From contig NC_068988.1 in NCBI RefSeq assembly GCF_001194135.2, forward strand, positions 28,214,327-28,278,326: DNA of 64,000 nt. Reading direction: 5' to 3'. Made by a program: the position numbers and the translations under genes. Origin of the DNA: Octopus bimaculoides. Its lineage: Eukaryota. A model generated the notes under the pieces. It was not told the DNA's origin. It saw only the letters and a list, made by a program, of their open reading frames with translations, and searched no databases. Positions 1-12,799 of this stretch are shown in pieces (position 1 is the first letter of the stretch; each line of letters opens with the position of its first letter).

Positions 1-99
1 ATTGTACGTAACCGTTTTAGTATGTTAGTATGGTCTGTCTAACTCCATCCTTCCCACGTCGCCTACGTAGTGTATAAATGTATATAACATATTAATACA

Positions 100-650
100 T
101 ATATGTATACATATCTATAGATGTGTGTGCGTGTGTACATATATGTGTGTATATATGTATATATATATATATGTGTGTGTATGTATATGTATATATGTGT
201 GTGTATGCGTGAGTATGTATAACTCATCTATTGTTAGTGATATACTACTGTCGTTCGTTTTCCATCCTCTTTCTTCATTAGTCATTCTGTACTTCACTAA
301 AATATTTTTTTCCACTCCCACTATTTCATTCTCACTAATGTCTTAAAGAGAAACTGACTTTATATAACGTTCCCTCCTTTTCTTATCTCTCTCTCTCTTT
401 CTCTCCGTCTCTTTCACACACACACATATATATATATTTACACACATACACATACATGCATATGTGTATATGTATGTAGATGTGTGTGTGTGTTTCCTCT
501 ACTCTCTTTGTTTTCTAGTGTCGTTCCTCCTCCCTCCCTCCTTCGCTCTGGTACTACTTCTCTATCACTGTTTATCTCCTCCCATATAGGATTTACTGCG
601 TCACTCTTCTGTTTGGTTACTACAACTTTCTCCCTTCCCCTTCACACGCT

Positions 651-738
<88 letters not shown>

Positions 739-780
739 CAAGCACACATATATATATATATATAATTGTCTATCTATATA
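100..780. repeat. Compound (TA)n/(TG)n/(CA)n/(CT)n microsatellite block upstream of Sp1-4
   Basis: Read directly. Many similar tracts occur through the window, e.g. (ACT)n at 11310, (TA)n at 29195 and 41355, (TC)n at 47425, (ATG)n at 50020 and (AAT)n at 55495. Confidence 0.9.
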
Positions 781-859
781 TGTAGTATGTATAGATATAT
801 ATTTGATAACTGGAAGTTAAATTAGTATATTTATATATATATAAATTTTACTTATATGA

Positions 860-1250
860 TAATTGAATTTTTAAGATAACATTGTATCTTTTCAATTTTT
901 CGTATTGTAAATAACGTTATTTTATCAATTTTTACATTATCGTGCATTTTTATCCAACCAACTCTGTCAATCATAGCCCGCCTTTAACAATATTAGGGCC
1001 GTTGTCGTAAATGTAGTTCTCCCTCCCACTTATTACTAACATAACATTCTACTCATACTAATATAGCAATTTTTCAATAAAATAATTAAAAATCTCACTA
1101 ATAATATCGATTTTGTAAACTATCCTTCAAAATCGAATGGAAAGTAATATTTTTTGGTCGCATGCTATTTTCAATTGCGTATGCATATAGACAAAAAGAA
1201 CGTGTGTTTCGGTTAACGCGGAAGAATACGCTAGCTTCAGTCAGTCGCCT
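860..1250 (+). promoter_or_regulatory. Probable Sp1-4 promoter / 5' UTR region
   Basis: Repeat-free, relatively CpG-containing stretch upstream of exon 1, with a CCCGCC GC-box core at 977-982. The TSS cannot be determined. Confidence 0.4.
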
Positions 1251-1252
1251 CC

Positions 1253-1351
1253 ATGGCCTCCAAGCAGGGAACGTGGACTTCCCATCTATGGCGAACAGAT
1301 GCCTGTCACGATCGATCCAGTATCCACATCAATGGTTTGCTTCGGCATTAA
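1253..1351 (+). promoter_or_regulatory. Candidate uORF (32 codons) ending directly at the Sp start codon
   Basis: ATG at 1253 (ccATGG) reads MASKQGTWTSHLWRTDACHDRSSIHINGLLRH to TAA at 1349-1351, followed by ATG at 1352. It is functional only if the TSS lies upstream of 1253. Confidence 0.5.
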
Positions 1352-1414
1352 ATGGCTACACTTGCTATAAGGAGATCGAATGAAGACTATGTGATGCCGA
1401 CAAGTTCATCTCAG
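1352..1414 (+). CDS. Sp1-4: Sp1-4 family transcription factor, coding exon 1 (MATLAIRRSNEDYVMPTSSSQ)
   Basis: ATG at 1352 has an in-frame TAA immediately upstream. The donor is CAG|GTGAGT at 1414/1415, phase 0, joining exon 2 to give SSQ|DNQPSPLALLAATCSKIG. Confidence 0.8.
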
Positions 1415-1558
1415 GTGAGTTTTTTCCATCTGTAGAATGTGTATATGTTGTTTTTCTCTCTCTCCCCCCACCATACAACCAGTTCCTAGTAGGGCTGAAA
1501 ATTTTTTTTGAATGGCCTAATTTTTATGCACACCCCTTTCTTTAACCCCGCCTTGTAG

Positions 1559-3251
1559 GATAACCAGCCATCCCCTTTGGCTCTGTTGGCCGCTACTTGC
1601 AGCAAGATCGGGGCTCCACAAGAAGACGGAATTAACCAAGTGAGTGCAACTCAGGTCCGAATTATTGGTCAGAATCAGGTTACCAATCAAAGCGAGATCG
1701 TGGCCGGCCAGAACTGGGTTCAAGTACCTGGTGTCGTGGACTCTACCAAGCCAAACGCACCAGCTACGGCATTAACTACTGCTCCGATCATAGCCCAGCA
1801 GACTCCGCAACTGATTGCGTCCACCGGACCAGGTGGAAACATAACATACAATGTCATACCACCGTTCCAAACATTTACACTGGATGGACAAGAGGCCATC
1901 TTTGTACCTGCAAATGCTTCCACGGCGAGTGGAGGTCAAGCGATTCTTGCGGGGAATCAAGCTGTCCTAACGCCGACCGGACAAATTGTCCGAACCACCC
2001 AAGGCCTCTCGGGAGCCAACATTATCCCCAACAATGTCGGTTTCATGGGTAACGTGCTCAATTTGGGCGGTAATATGGTCAATCTGGCAGGAATGCAGAA
2101 CATGGCCATACGGCAACCTCTTATGCAGACAATACAATTGCCTTTGTCTCAACTCCAACAAATGCCCATTATACAAATACCCGTATCAACTGGGAACGGA
2201 CAAACGACTTATCAAGCAATTCAACTGCCTATTCAAGCTTTCTCTACACCAGCACTCCAAACTGCTAATCTCATGGGTCAGGGCACTCTTTCCACGCTTC
2301 ATTCTTCAGCAACGGGCAATAACTCGAATCAAATCAGCTCCGGACAAAATCTTACACAGCAAGTGCTCGAGATAGCAGCACCAACTGAAATTAACGTTAA
2401 GACTGAGATCAAAAGTAACTCACCGCAACCTCTCGTTACTACGGCAACAGATGTTACCTGCCCCTCTGTCAACAACATTCAACAACAACAACTAAGTGGT
2501 GGAACCGCGACCCAAAATGTATCCACGTCCATCTCGAGTACAGCTGCCTCGCCGACTGCTTCAAATGCTGGCTTCATCCCTCAGTCAGCGCTACAGACTA
2601 TTCCCACTATCATTTCGTTATCACATAATCCTTGCAACCAGTCAGTGGTAACATCAGGCAGCCAAAATGTCCATTCACTGGCTATACCCCAAAATTCAGC
2701 CAGTTTATCTGGAACGTCAACTATTACCTCCGCAGCCAGTCAAGGCAGCATGGTGTCTAATATTATTACTCCTCAAATGTTACAAAGCGCAGCCAATATC
2801 CAGATTGCTGCAGCAGCAGCAGGCCAGAACCAAGTTATACAAGGCAGTCCTTGGATTCCTACACTTAACATTGCAAACATCCGACCTACCAACATACAGA
2901 CTATACAAGTTCAAAACATCCAGGGTCTGCAAGGTCTCCAAGGATTCTCCGCCCTACAGAACGTGCAGAACTTGGCCAACTTTCAAGCTATCACTCCGCA
3001 AGGACAGATTATAGCGGCCTCATCGCCTCTCCAAGGCATGGGCGGGCCAATAACGATAGCCACCACCACATCGGCGACTACTTCCAGCATGGCGGCCAGT
3101 TTAGGGGGTGGAGGCACAACTTCCTCCCAGTCGCAGGGACAGCAACTCAGCCCACAACAGATACAGACAGTAGCAGCGGCGGCCGGGATCAGCACAAACC
3201 AGATCAGCACAACTCCCACAGCCCAGGCTATCAGCGCTACACAGATTTTAG
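1559..3251 (+). CDS. Sp1-4: Sp1-4 exon 2 (1693 nt): Sp box plus long Q/S/T/N-rich transactivation region
   Basis: Acceptor TTGTAG|GAT. The exon encodes the Sp box SPLALLAATCSKIG and stays open for about 560 codons. Donor TTAG|GTAAGT is phase 1. Confidence 0.95.
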
Positions 3252-4941
3252 GTAAGTAGTTCAACATTATTTTAATTTTTATCTCCAAACACTTAAACTC
3301 TCTCTTTCTCTCTCTCTGTACGCATGTGTTCCAACTTGTACACCCATTTATTATTGCCACTTGGTTACAGTTTTAGTTCTTTTGACAAGTAACTCCCACC
3401 TGTGGAGGCGGCACTGTTTATGATGTTTTACTTTGATCGATAACCATGTTTATGATCGATGAGCTTATGCTTATCGTCAGCCGAATTTCATAAATTTTTT
3501 CATAAATTTTTGTTGATCGCCCCTTGTTTTTTGCCCACTTATATATATATATTTTCTGGAACACATTTAGTCCTTTGTGTCTTATCAACAACATGCATCT
3601 GTGTGTATATGTTGTGATTTGCGTATGTAAACACTATACATTTCAATACATATCTAACGCAAACTCTATGTATTTGTAACGTAAACTATATGTGCCTGTA
3701 TAATCAACAACCTGTCTCAGTTATTATTCGTTATTTATGAAACTAGAAGAAAAATATGAATTTACCAAGTAATGTTTCAATTATTCCAATCACTAACAAA
3801 AGTTAAGTTGGCTTTTCTCACATTAACTTTGATAAACTTGACTTGGAATATTCAATAAAACTTTTTTTTTTTTTGCATTAGTTGTTGATTGGAAATATTT
3901 ATCTCTTTGGCAAAGGAAGAGAAATCTTTTAATGGCAAAGTAACTCTAAAAATTCATGCAAAATCTCTAAATTTGCATACATGTGTCAACTTCCTGTAGA
4001 ACTGGTGTAAAATCAATGAAGGAAGAGAACTGATCGATAAAATAAAGTGCCAGACAAGTAGTATATCGATTTAATATTCCTGAAATTGTATCCTAGATGT
4101 GAATGATTCAACACTTTTGGTTCACATTTTCATTAGAATTAACCAAAAAACGTTATTTCCCTTAATTTTAATTAACTACAATTGCACGCTAACTTCAGGT
4201 GGTTGGTATTTTTTTTTTTTTTACAGAAGATCCAATAAATCGAATAAGTTCGTTGTAATTCTCATCATTTTCAATCGCTCTTTCAATATATTTTGTTGTT
4301 GTACAAATTCATTTTAGAATATGAAGTTTAGTTTGAAAACTTGGTTGAGGGCTCCAAGCATTCAATCGTTATATTTTCTATTAACGCCCTGGAACCCATA
4401 TCATTTTATGTTAATGCATATTTTAGAAGATATTGGATTACTACTATTTTGTTAGTCACTAATAAGTTGAATATAATGTAACAAAGAAATACGTAATTAG
4501 TTAGCACAGCAGGTGTTTAATTATAAAAGAACTGACAATTATTTCCAATATAATGGACATTTCTTTAACATTCCAGTCGCTACTGTAAGAGAGCGTATTT
4601 CCTTTCAGTCTGTAAAATAGTAAATACATTTGTGTTGGCTGTTGCAAGGTTATTTTTCGAAAAAGGATTAGTACAAGATCGACATTTCTTTATGTCTGTT
4701 GTTTCTTTAAAACATCGATTTATAGTCCAAAGTTTCTTTGTGATATCCCTTGACGTAGAGATCATCGTTTCGCTCCTTCTAAACAATACTAATATCGTCT
4801 AGGTTCGTTTTATACAGGAAATAAAGATTTAATTTGAACATTATAACATTTCATTCCTCCCTTAACAAAATATACGAATTATAATTGATTTCTCGTAATT
4901 TATACATTTATTACTTACACCCAAAGACTTGCTATAACTAC

Positions 4942-5468
4942 AGATGTGTGCCCCCATACATCGAATTTGTTTCCTCATAACTTTCTGAAAAATGCATGTT
5001 TTTAATGAAAATTTCCAGAGATACATATTAGATGGCGTAAACTAGAGGAGTTGTGTCGGAGATTATTGTGAAAAATGTTTTTCAGAAGGGTGAAGCGGAG
5101 TGTCGGTTAAAACACACCTCCATTTTTTTCCTCATAACTTAACGGATATTTATTTTAGTAAAGCATCTTTACATATATTCATTTCAGATTGCGTAGATTA
5201 AGATTAGATCGGAATCTGATGTGGCGGAAAAGCAGGATGGCATCAGATAATTCATACACTTCGACTTTGTTTCCTCATACGCCTTGATGAAATGTGTGAA
5301 TTATCCGCCCCCGCTAACCCCACCTTAATTTTTTATTTCACATCAAATTCCGATATAATCGTTATTCTACACAATCCGAAATGTAATTTTTGAAAATTTC
5401 ATCGGAAAAAATATCCATTTTTCAGAAAGTTATGAAGAAACAAAGTCGGTATTAGTGGACACACATCT
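4942..5468. mobile_element. MITE / non-autonomous DNA transposon with ~75-bp imperfect TIRs
   Basis: The left end AGATGTGTG...TTTGTTTCCTCATAACTTTCTGAAAAATG is the reverse complement of the right end CATTTTTCAGAAAGTTATGAAGAAACAAA...CACACATCT. Internal TTTCCTCATA motifs recur. Confidence 0.75.
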
Positions 5469-6146
5469 TTCGTTATACCAACAATAATAACGAGCAGAAA
5501 GAATAAATCACGCGACGTCACAGCATTTTGTAATTTGGTGTCTCCACTTCAAACTTAGCGCTATATTATTATTACGAAATATTTTAGCTATTTTGGAAAT
5601 TTTTTCTCGTTGTCCTAGAAAGTGGGATGGGCAATCAATCATACCGGCAAAAGTGAAAGTTGTGTTAGTTTTCCAAACATCCTGTCTATCATAAATAAGT
5701 TTTAACTCTTATTTTGCTAAGCTGGTCTGGAATTTGTTTGGTTCCCTACTTATGACCTTGAATTTATTCTGTATTTAAAAACGCATTTTTGGTATATGTG
5801 GGTGTATATTTCACTAGATGTAACTACCCTCCGTGTGACCCTCGAATGTCTGTATAATCAAATAAAATTTTATCCGTGTTGCTTGTAGTCTGCTCTTTAA
5901 GCATGTCACGTTATAGCAGCTTGTTATGAAACGTTAATAATAACGTTAGAAAAGTTGACTATTTAATAATGATTACGTTGATTTAAAAACATTCAGCGCT
6001 TAAATTATATTGACTGATCTGTTTACAATTAATCTGGATTGAAACTGTTCAGGTTTCTCTTATATATGCATACGTGCATATGAGGCAGTGATTGCTATTC
6101 CAAAACACCGCCTATACAGAGAAACATACACTCGGTCTTTCTTCCC

Positions 6147-6191
<45 letters not shown>

Positions 6192-8194
6192 TATGTATGC
6201 CGGTTCTTTACGTTTTGTATAGCCAAACATGTATCACGAACTTGTCTGTATTGAGCCGATAAGACGGTGCCATGAAAAAAAAAATTTACATCGTTAAGAG
6301 AAAAAGGAAAAAACTACCATTGTATTTTCTCAAGATGATTCGTGTAGTAATTGTCAAAAATGCCACTAAGAGTCGTGTATCGACTTGATGAGGCAGATAT
6401 ATGTATGTGTGCGTCCACGTATGTATAAATAAATGTAAGTGTGTATATATTTTGTATATAAATGTGTGTATGTGTGTTGTATAAGTATCTACACACACAT
6501 ATATACAGCTCCTTTCAACGATCAAAGGTAATAAGCTACCTTTGTTACACTCCATTTATAAATGTTTCTGAATGAAGAATGCATATCACTCGAGTGAGAG
6601 GTGTGAACTGTAGTATCATCACCCTAATGCAATGTGTTCGTATGATAGAGTAGTTGATCAAAAGATTTCTCAGTTACAGTTCTTCCTTCAGGAATACTGA
6701 GAAATGGAATGTAACAAAGCAAGCAAATTATATCTGATTATTGAGAGAGAAAGCTATAAATGATATCAGTTGGAGAATTTTTGAAAAGTGTTGAGCTTAT
6801 GAAAATGGTAGCAAAAAATGTGGCCTCTGTACTGCTGAAAAAAGACTAATTTGGAAAGCCCATGGATATCAGATATGTATTTTGAATATGAAATCAGTGT
6901 CAATCTGTGTTTGCAAACATTCTGATAAGTTGTCTTATAAAGTGACCATGGTCATTCTCAATGAGACAATGTATTTATACATATCTGGGTGATGAGAATG
7001 GAGATGCAAAGCTTCCATTCAATTATTTTAGAAACAAGTATTTCTTTCTTTTATACATATCCTTTTATGCCTGGAAAAAGGGGATTGTGGAGATGTGTCA
7101 GGGTTTACTACAACTGAAACTTTTCTTTGGTGGGTTTATTTTAAGACTTTAATTCTAAGCTTTGCTTTCGTGTTTGGAAAGAATGATAATGTTTGCTATT
7201 TGCTATGAACTTTTTTCTCATCCCACATGGGAAGAACATCAATGGCACTATGTCCTATCTCAGATATGAACTGCATCTTATTTAAGCTAATTTTCACTCT
7301 TTTTATAAAGCTGATGCCTTTGCAGTTCTTTCTTTCTAGCGTCTCTTTTCTTCTTGTAGCAGTTGCCACACCAGTCATTGGAAATTACCCTTTTTTGTAT
7401 TACCTGATTGATTATGTGGGTGGCAGGGATAGATAGTCCATTTGTTGAGTCTACTTGAGATAGTTCTTCACTTTTCCCCCAAAACTTCTCATTTAGCACA
7501 CATCTCATTGTTGTATTTTCTATACTTCCTTCATGATGTCAGTAAGAGTGAGTGCCTCATTATCATTATGTCCATGCTTTTCCATATTGGTTCACTGTTT
7601 TGCATTTTGTAATTTGGCTGTCTTTGATCCTTTTGTCAAAACATTGGAAAACCTTTACATTCTGCTTCTCTCTGCTAAATTATACAGGCACCACACATCT
7701 ATAAAAGCAAGCATAGAAAACTGAATGTTAACACTCATCTATATATATATGGGGATGAAATATTTTGGTATTGCTGATTCGATGCTGACTTCTTTGACAT
7801 TAGACATTTTTATATTTCTCTCATTTTGTCTCTCTCTCTCCTTCTCTGTGAGTTTCTAGTTTGTATGTATGTGTAATGTCTCCATCTCTCTATCTCCTAT
7901 GTGTATATTGTCTGTGCATGCATGCTTCTGTATGTGTGTGTGTGTATGCCTTCAGTGCCAAAATGTACTGTTGCCAAAGCAATAATAATAATTTGATTGG
8001 AGATAGAATAATATCTGTCTGTGTGTTTTTCCTCCCCATTCCCCTTTCATCCATCCCTCACTGCCATCACTTAGTAGCATTTTTCTTGCCTTCCTGATTC
8101 TTCTGGAGCAGTGATTTTCAACTATTTTCTGCCTATGGACACCTTTGGTCCCTAATTTTACTTGGGTGGATCCTCACTATCATTTGATGTTTAA

Positions 8195-8390
8195 CCCTTT
8201 TGTTACCATATTTCTGTTGAGATGCTCTGTGTTTCTTTCAATTACTTTAAATATAACAAAGAATTTAGCTAGTGTTAGGAACATAAATTGTGACAAAGGT
8301 TTGGTGGAAGATTTTAATTCACAACTTATGAAAACAAGACATTTGTACTACAGAACCAGAGCCAATTCAGCTGGGTTGATAATGAAAGGG
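8195..8390. mobile_element. piggyBac-type MITE, second family (TTAA-CCCTTT...AAAGGG-TTAA)
   Basis: TTAA on both sides. An inverted copy lies at 28341..28551 and a partial one near 62600. Confidence 0.7.
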
Positions 8391-8799
8391 TTAAAAAAAA
8401 AAACCTTATTGTATATTTATGATTAATTATTCTTAGGAACTGTATTTAAAATTGTTAAAATATTTTGTGTAATATAGAAGTATAACCAGTTTATTGCTCA
8501 TAAATTTTAATGACAAAATCTTATTTGGATATATTGAGTGAGAGACACAAATATATTCACATACATAACAAATGAGTACACACACATGCATATGTATACA
8601 CATATATGTCGTCCAGTCTTACTACCATTTCTTTTAATGTCCATTTCCCTATGCTTGTATGGGTGGTCTGTTCCTCTCCATCATTGCTTGTCACTAGTCA
8701 ACATGGTCGTTTGTCATCTCCTCCATGAAACTCAGCATCTTAAGATAAGCGTTCAACATTTCATCTCTGCATCTACCTTTGTTACGGGTTCCATCTTGA

Positions 8800-9060
8800 A
8801 GGCAAACGGCTTAGTGGTTAGTGCGTTCGGCTCACATTTGTAAGGTTGTGAGTTCAGTTCCCAGTGGGAACAAAACACTTTGTTTCATGTTGCTCCAGTT
8901 TACTCAACTGACAAAAATTAATTGTACCTGTAATTCAATGGGCCAACTTTGACACATCCTGTGTTGTGCTGAATCTCCCTGAGAACTACATTAATGCTAC
9001 ATGTGCCAGTGGAGTGCTCAGTCACTTGCATGTCAATTTCATGAGTAGGCTGTTCAATCC
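8800..9060 (+). mobile_element. SINE family E-related copy
   Basis: Head GGCTTAGTGGTTAG...GAGTTCAGTTCC. 3' body matches the 41795 element. Confidence 0.6.
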
Positions 9061-10334
9061 CAGCTGTTCTGTACATGTTCTGTCTAAAACAGACGATGGG
9101 ACCTGGTGCAGCTCCCAGCCTTGCCAGCTCCTGTGAAACCATCCAACCCATACCAGCATGGAAAATGGACATTAAATGATGATGATGAGAGGTAGTAAAC
9201 TCCAACCTGTTCTCATTCTACCTGCTATTCTTTTGGAGTACTCAACTCCACAATTAATTAGGACACTTTGGTAACAAGCTACCTACTACTTTTAGGGAGC
9301 CATTCAGATATTTGAGAAAATCTATTTCCTGCTTTTATTGGTCCTGTGCATCTGCCCCACAAATAGTTTGCTTTCTCCATTAGCCTGACTGATTTCACTG
9401 CACCTCTTTCACATCCATACTTTACACTAATTACCCTGAATGGAATTCTCTCTCTCTCGGGCTACCTTGATTACTTCATCTATCTATTTCTTTACCAATA
9501 CCATGCCTTCTTCATCCACAGTATTGCTACTGCTCATGCACAAGGATTTTGTTCCTTGCCTGTGAGGAGTCTGGTTGAGAGTCCTTTCCATTTAACTTCT
9601 TGCATAAAGCACATATTTCTACTTGTCTCTGCTCTAGCATCTCTAGGGTCCGGTATTGGGGCACTTACACATGTCCAGATATTTTCAAGTAATGAATTCC
9701 ATTTTACCATTAATTGCTAAACCAAGTGGACTCAAGTGCATGTGACAAGATGACCACCTGGTCACGAACAGGATTTAACTGAAGATAGATTTGGATACTT
9801 CGCAATTACTACAGAGGAAATTTGGGAATAATGAGTGTGTGTATACATATACAAAGACATTTTATACATACACACACATTCATTGACAAATTATGAATGA
9901 ATTTAAAACAATAATTGCAAGTGGAACGAATAAAGTTTGTTTTTAAGAAAAATGTAAATGAGGTTGGAAAGTAGGAACAGGATGAGAGAGAAATAGGCAT
10001 TGATTAAATTAGAATCATAGATAAAATGAAATGTTACTGTTTCTTTTAATAAACATAATCATCATCATCTAACATCTACTATTCCATGTTTGCATGGGTT
10101 AAACAGAATTTGTTGAGGTAGATTTATTATGGCTGGATGCCTTTTCTGTTACCAGCCTTCATAGTTGTTAACAAGCAAGGTAATATTTCCCCATGGCCAG
10201 ATATGGTTTCACGGAAGAGTGAAAATGGACAACATTGCTTGTATGGTGGTGATACATGTTTACTGCTTAATATGTAATGTCAAGGCAAGGGTTCATATAC
10301 ACTTACCCCCCCCCCCCCACACATCTATATACAT

Positions 10335-10492
10335 ATAAGACAAGTTTCATTCTGTTTCTAATAACCAAATCCATTCACAAGGCTTTGGTTAACCTGGGGC
10401 TGTAGTAGAAGACACTTGCCCAAGGTGCCACTCAGTGGGACTGAACCCATAATGATGTGGTTGGAAAGCAAACTTCTCAACCACACAACCTC
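10335..10492 (-). mobile_element. SINE family A, 5' half
   Basis: GTAGAAGACACTTGCCCAAGGTGCCAC...GGGACTGAACCC. Confidence 0.75.
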
Positions 10493-10879
10493 ATCTGCAC
10501 CTGTCCCATCCACACCTGTGCCTATTAACTAGTATTGCAAAATGCTGCCACCTGATAATAATTTCAGGTATAGTAAAACATTGAAATGGTAAAATTTCAT
10601 ATTTTGAAAGCAGAGAGAAGTGAAAATTATGTCTTGTCTTGTTGCTTGCAATTGGTTAACTGTAAGTGTGTATCTATAAAAAATATGGTCACAGTTGTCT
10701 CTTAGTGCATGTGCATAAAGTTGTTTTCTATATTTTCTTCTGCACATGATATCTTAAAAGTTTCGATTATGCTTAGAATAAGCACAGATAAAATTTAAAA
10801 TTTCAGATATTGTAAAAAAATTATGGTCTCTTAATCAGCTACTGCAAAATGTCACTGTTTGATGGTAAACCATTTCAGG

Positions 10880-11100
10880 AATAGTAAACTGCTAAGATAG
10901 GAAAATGGCATATACAGAGAGAGAGTGTGTGAGAGCAATGTCTGGAATTGATGGGTCTTAAAGTAAACTTAACCAAGACTAAAGTTATGAGTAGAAATGG
11001 AGACAGGACTTCTGTCTATCAGGGAAATGGCTATGCTCAAAATGCAGAAAAGGAGTCGGCATAAATTCCATAATGTTGTGGGCATTGCTTTACTGGATGT
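10880..11100 (+). pseudogene. Decayed non-LTR retrotransposon RT fragment (RTE/RTE-X-like)
   Basis: Translates GLKVNLTKTKVM (10954-10989), followed by SGKWLCSKCRKGVGINSI. Confidence 0.65.
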
Positions 11101-11309
11101 GTAGTGTCAGTATGCCTGAATGACACAGTAGAAAAAGAAGAATCAGATGTTTTTTACAAGAGAGAAGAATGCAAGAGTATGGACATTCATCCTCTCATGC
11201 ATTGTATACGCCTTTCTATCTTGTCATTCCAATGGCCATGCTGTCAAGACTACTTGCTCTTCAAATAGTTTTGTTATTTAGCTACATTTAAAGTACTTAC
11301 TTTATTTGT

Positions 11310-11358
<49 letters not shown>

Positions 11359-12254
11359 GTAGTGGTAGTTGTGGTGGTGATGATACTACAACCACTCCCA
11401 TTATAAATATAATGGCCAACAGCCTTGTCTCAAACCAGCTGCACTGGAACTGCGTTTGTGATCAGGTGGCAGGTAGTGCTAGGGAAATTTTAACACCAAA
11501 TGATAAATGATTATATGAAGTTTTTGCAAGTTTATGAATGGCTAATATGTGACTTCCACACTGTAAGTTGCTTAAGTTTTGATACACCGTCTCAGATCAC
11601 TTGCCAGACAAGTACAGTTTCAAAATGCACACACACACACACACAGATAGATAGCTAGAGAGAGGGATATGCTCTTGTGTATATACACAATATCTATATA
11701 CTTAGATCCATACTCATGATGGTACAAGCAGTTCTCAAGTTGAGGAAAGCTCCAGTAAAATTAAAGCCAAAAGGAGTAAAAGTGTGTGAACTTGTTATTA
11801 CTTGGAAACTAAGAGTCTAGAGCTATCATATGTTAGATTCTCACAGTTGGTAGTATAATTATGGAAGGGGTGGCATTGCTCCAAAGCATTCTGAGCATTT
11901 GTTTAGATACCCTTAGAGGCTTTAACAAAGTATTTGTTTCTCTGAAGGGCATCCAGCCATAGAAACCATGCCAGACTAGGCTGGAGTCTGGTACAGCCTT
12001 CCAGCTTGCCGGCTTTGGTCAAACCGTCCAACCCATACCAGCATGGACAACAGACATTAAATGATGATAGTGATGATGGTATACACATATAGCTTCTTCT
12101 TGTTCCATTAATGTAAGGACTGGTTAGTTCTTTTATCTTCATTTTCATGGTGCAGTTGGTGTTGCTATTTCTAAGTTACCATGTGCATACTTATAACACC
12201 GTGCCATCTTGTCTTTGTCTCAGAAGGAAGCAATGTGATTTTCATAACATTGAA

Positions 12255-12540
12255 TTACCAGTGCCACTTGACTGGCTCCTGTGCAGGTGGCACATAAAAA
12301 ACACCTTTTTGAGCGTGGCCATTGCTAGTACCGTGTGACTAGCCCTCATGCCGGTGGCACGTAAAAGCACCCATTATACTCTCGGAGTGGTTGGCGTTAG
12401 GAAGGGCATCCAGCTGTAGAAACTCTGCCAAATCAGATTGGAGCCTGGTGCAGCCTTCTGGCTTGCCAGTCCTCAGCCAAATCATCCCACCCATGCTAGA
12501 ATGGAAAGCGGACGTTAAACGATGATGATGATGATGATTT
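12255..12540 (+). mobile_element. Family B copy
   Basis: Matches 40420..40700, including the (GAT)n tail. Confidence 0.8.
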
Positions 12541-12799
12541 CTCCAATCTGTATTTGTGGAGCTGACTCCATTTGTATTGCAAACCTGTTCAGTAGGTATG
12601 TCCCTATATTTTTGCATATACACTCCTCAAATGTGGATATATATGGTTTACTTGCTAGTTTAGTTTTATGTTAGGAGTATTTGTGTGTTATTCTTATTAA
12701 AAGTGATCCTATACTTAAGCTGGCTGTGAAAACGCTTATTTATCAATTCAAGGAATCTTTCCTCTATATTGGTTTTTATATTCTGGGAGAAAGGTGCAG

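Noticed and set aside
115-346. YI/VC/HT-rich ORFs here and at ~6286, 17116, 29099, 41317, 49868 and 61753
   Set aside because: They are translations of microsatellites.
2983-3360. 125-aa - strand ORF
   Set aside because: It is the antisense shadow of Sp exon 2.
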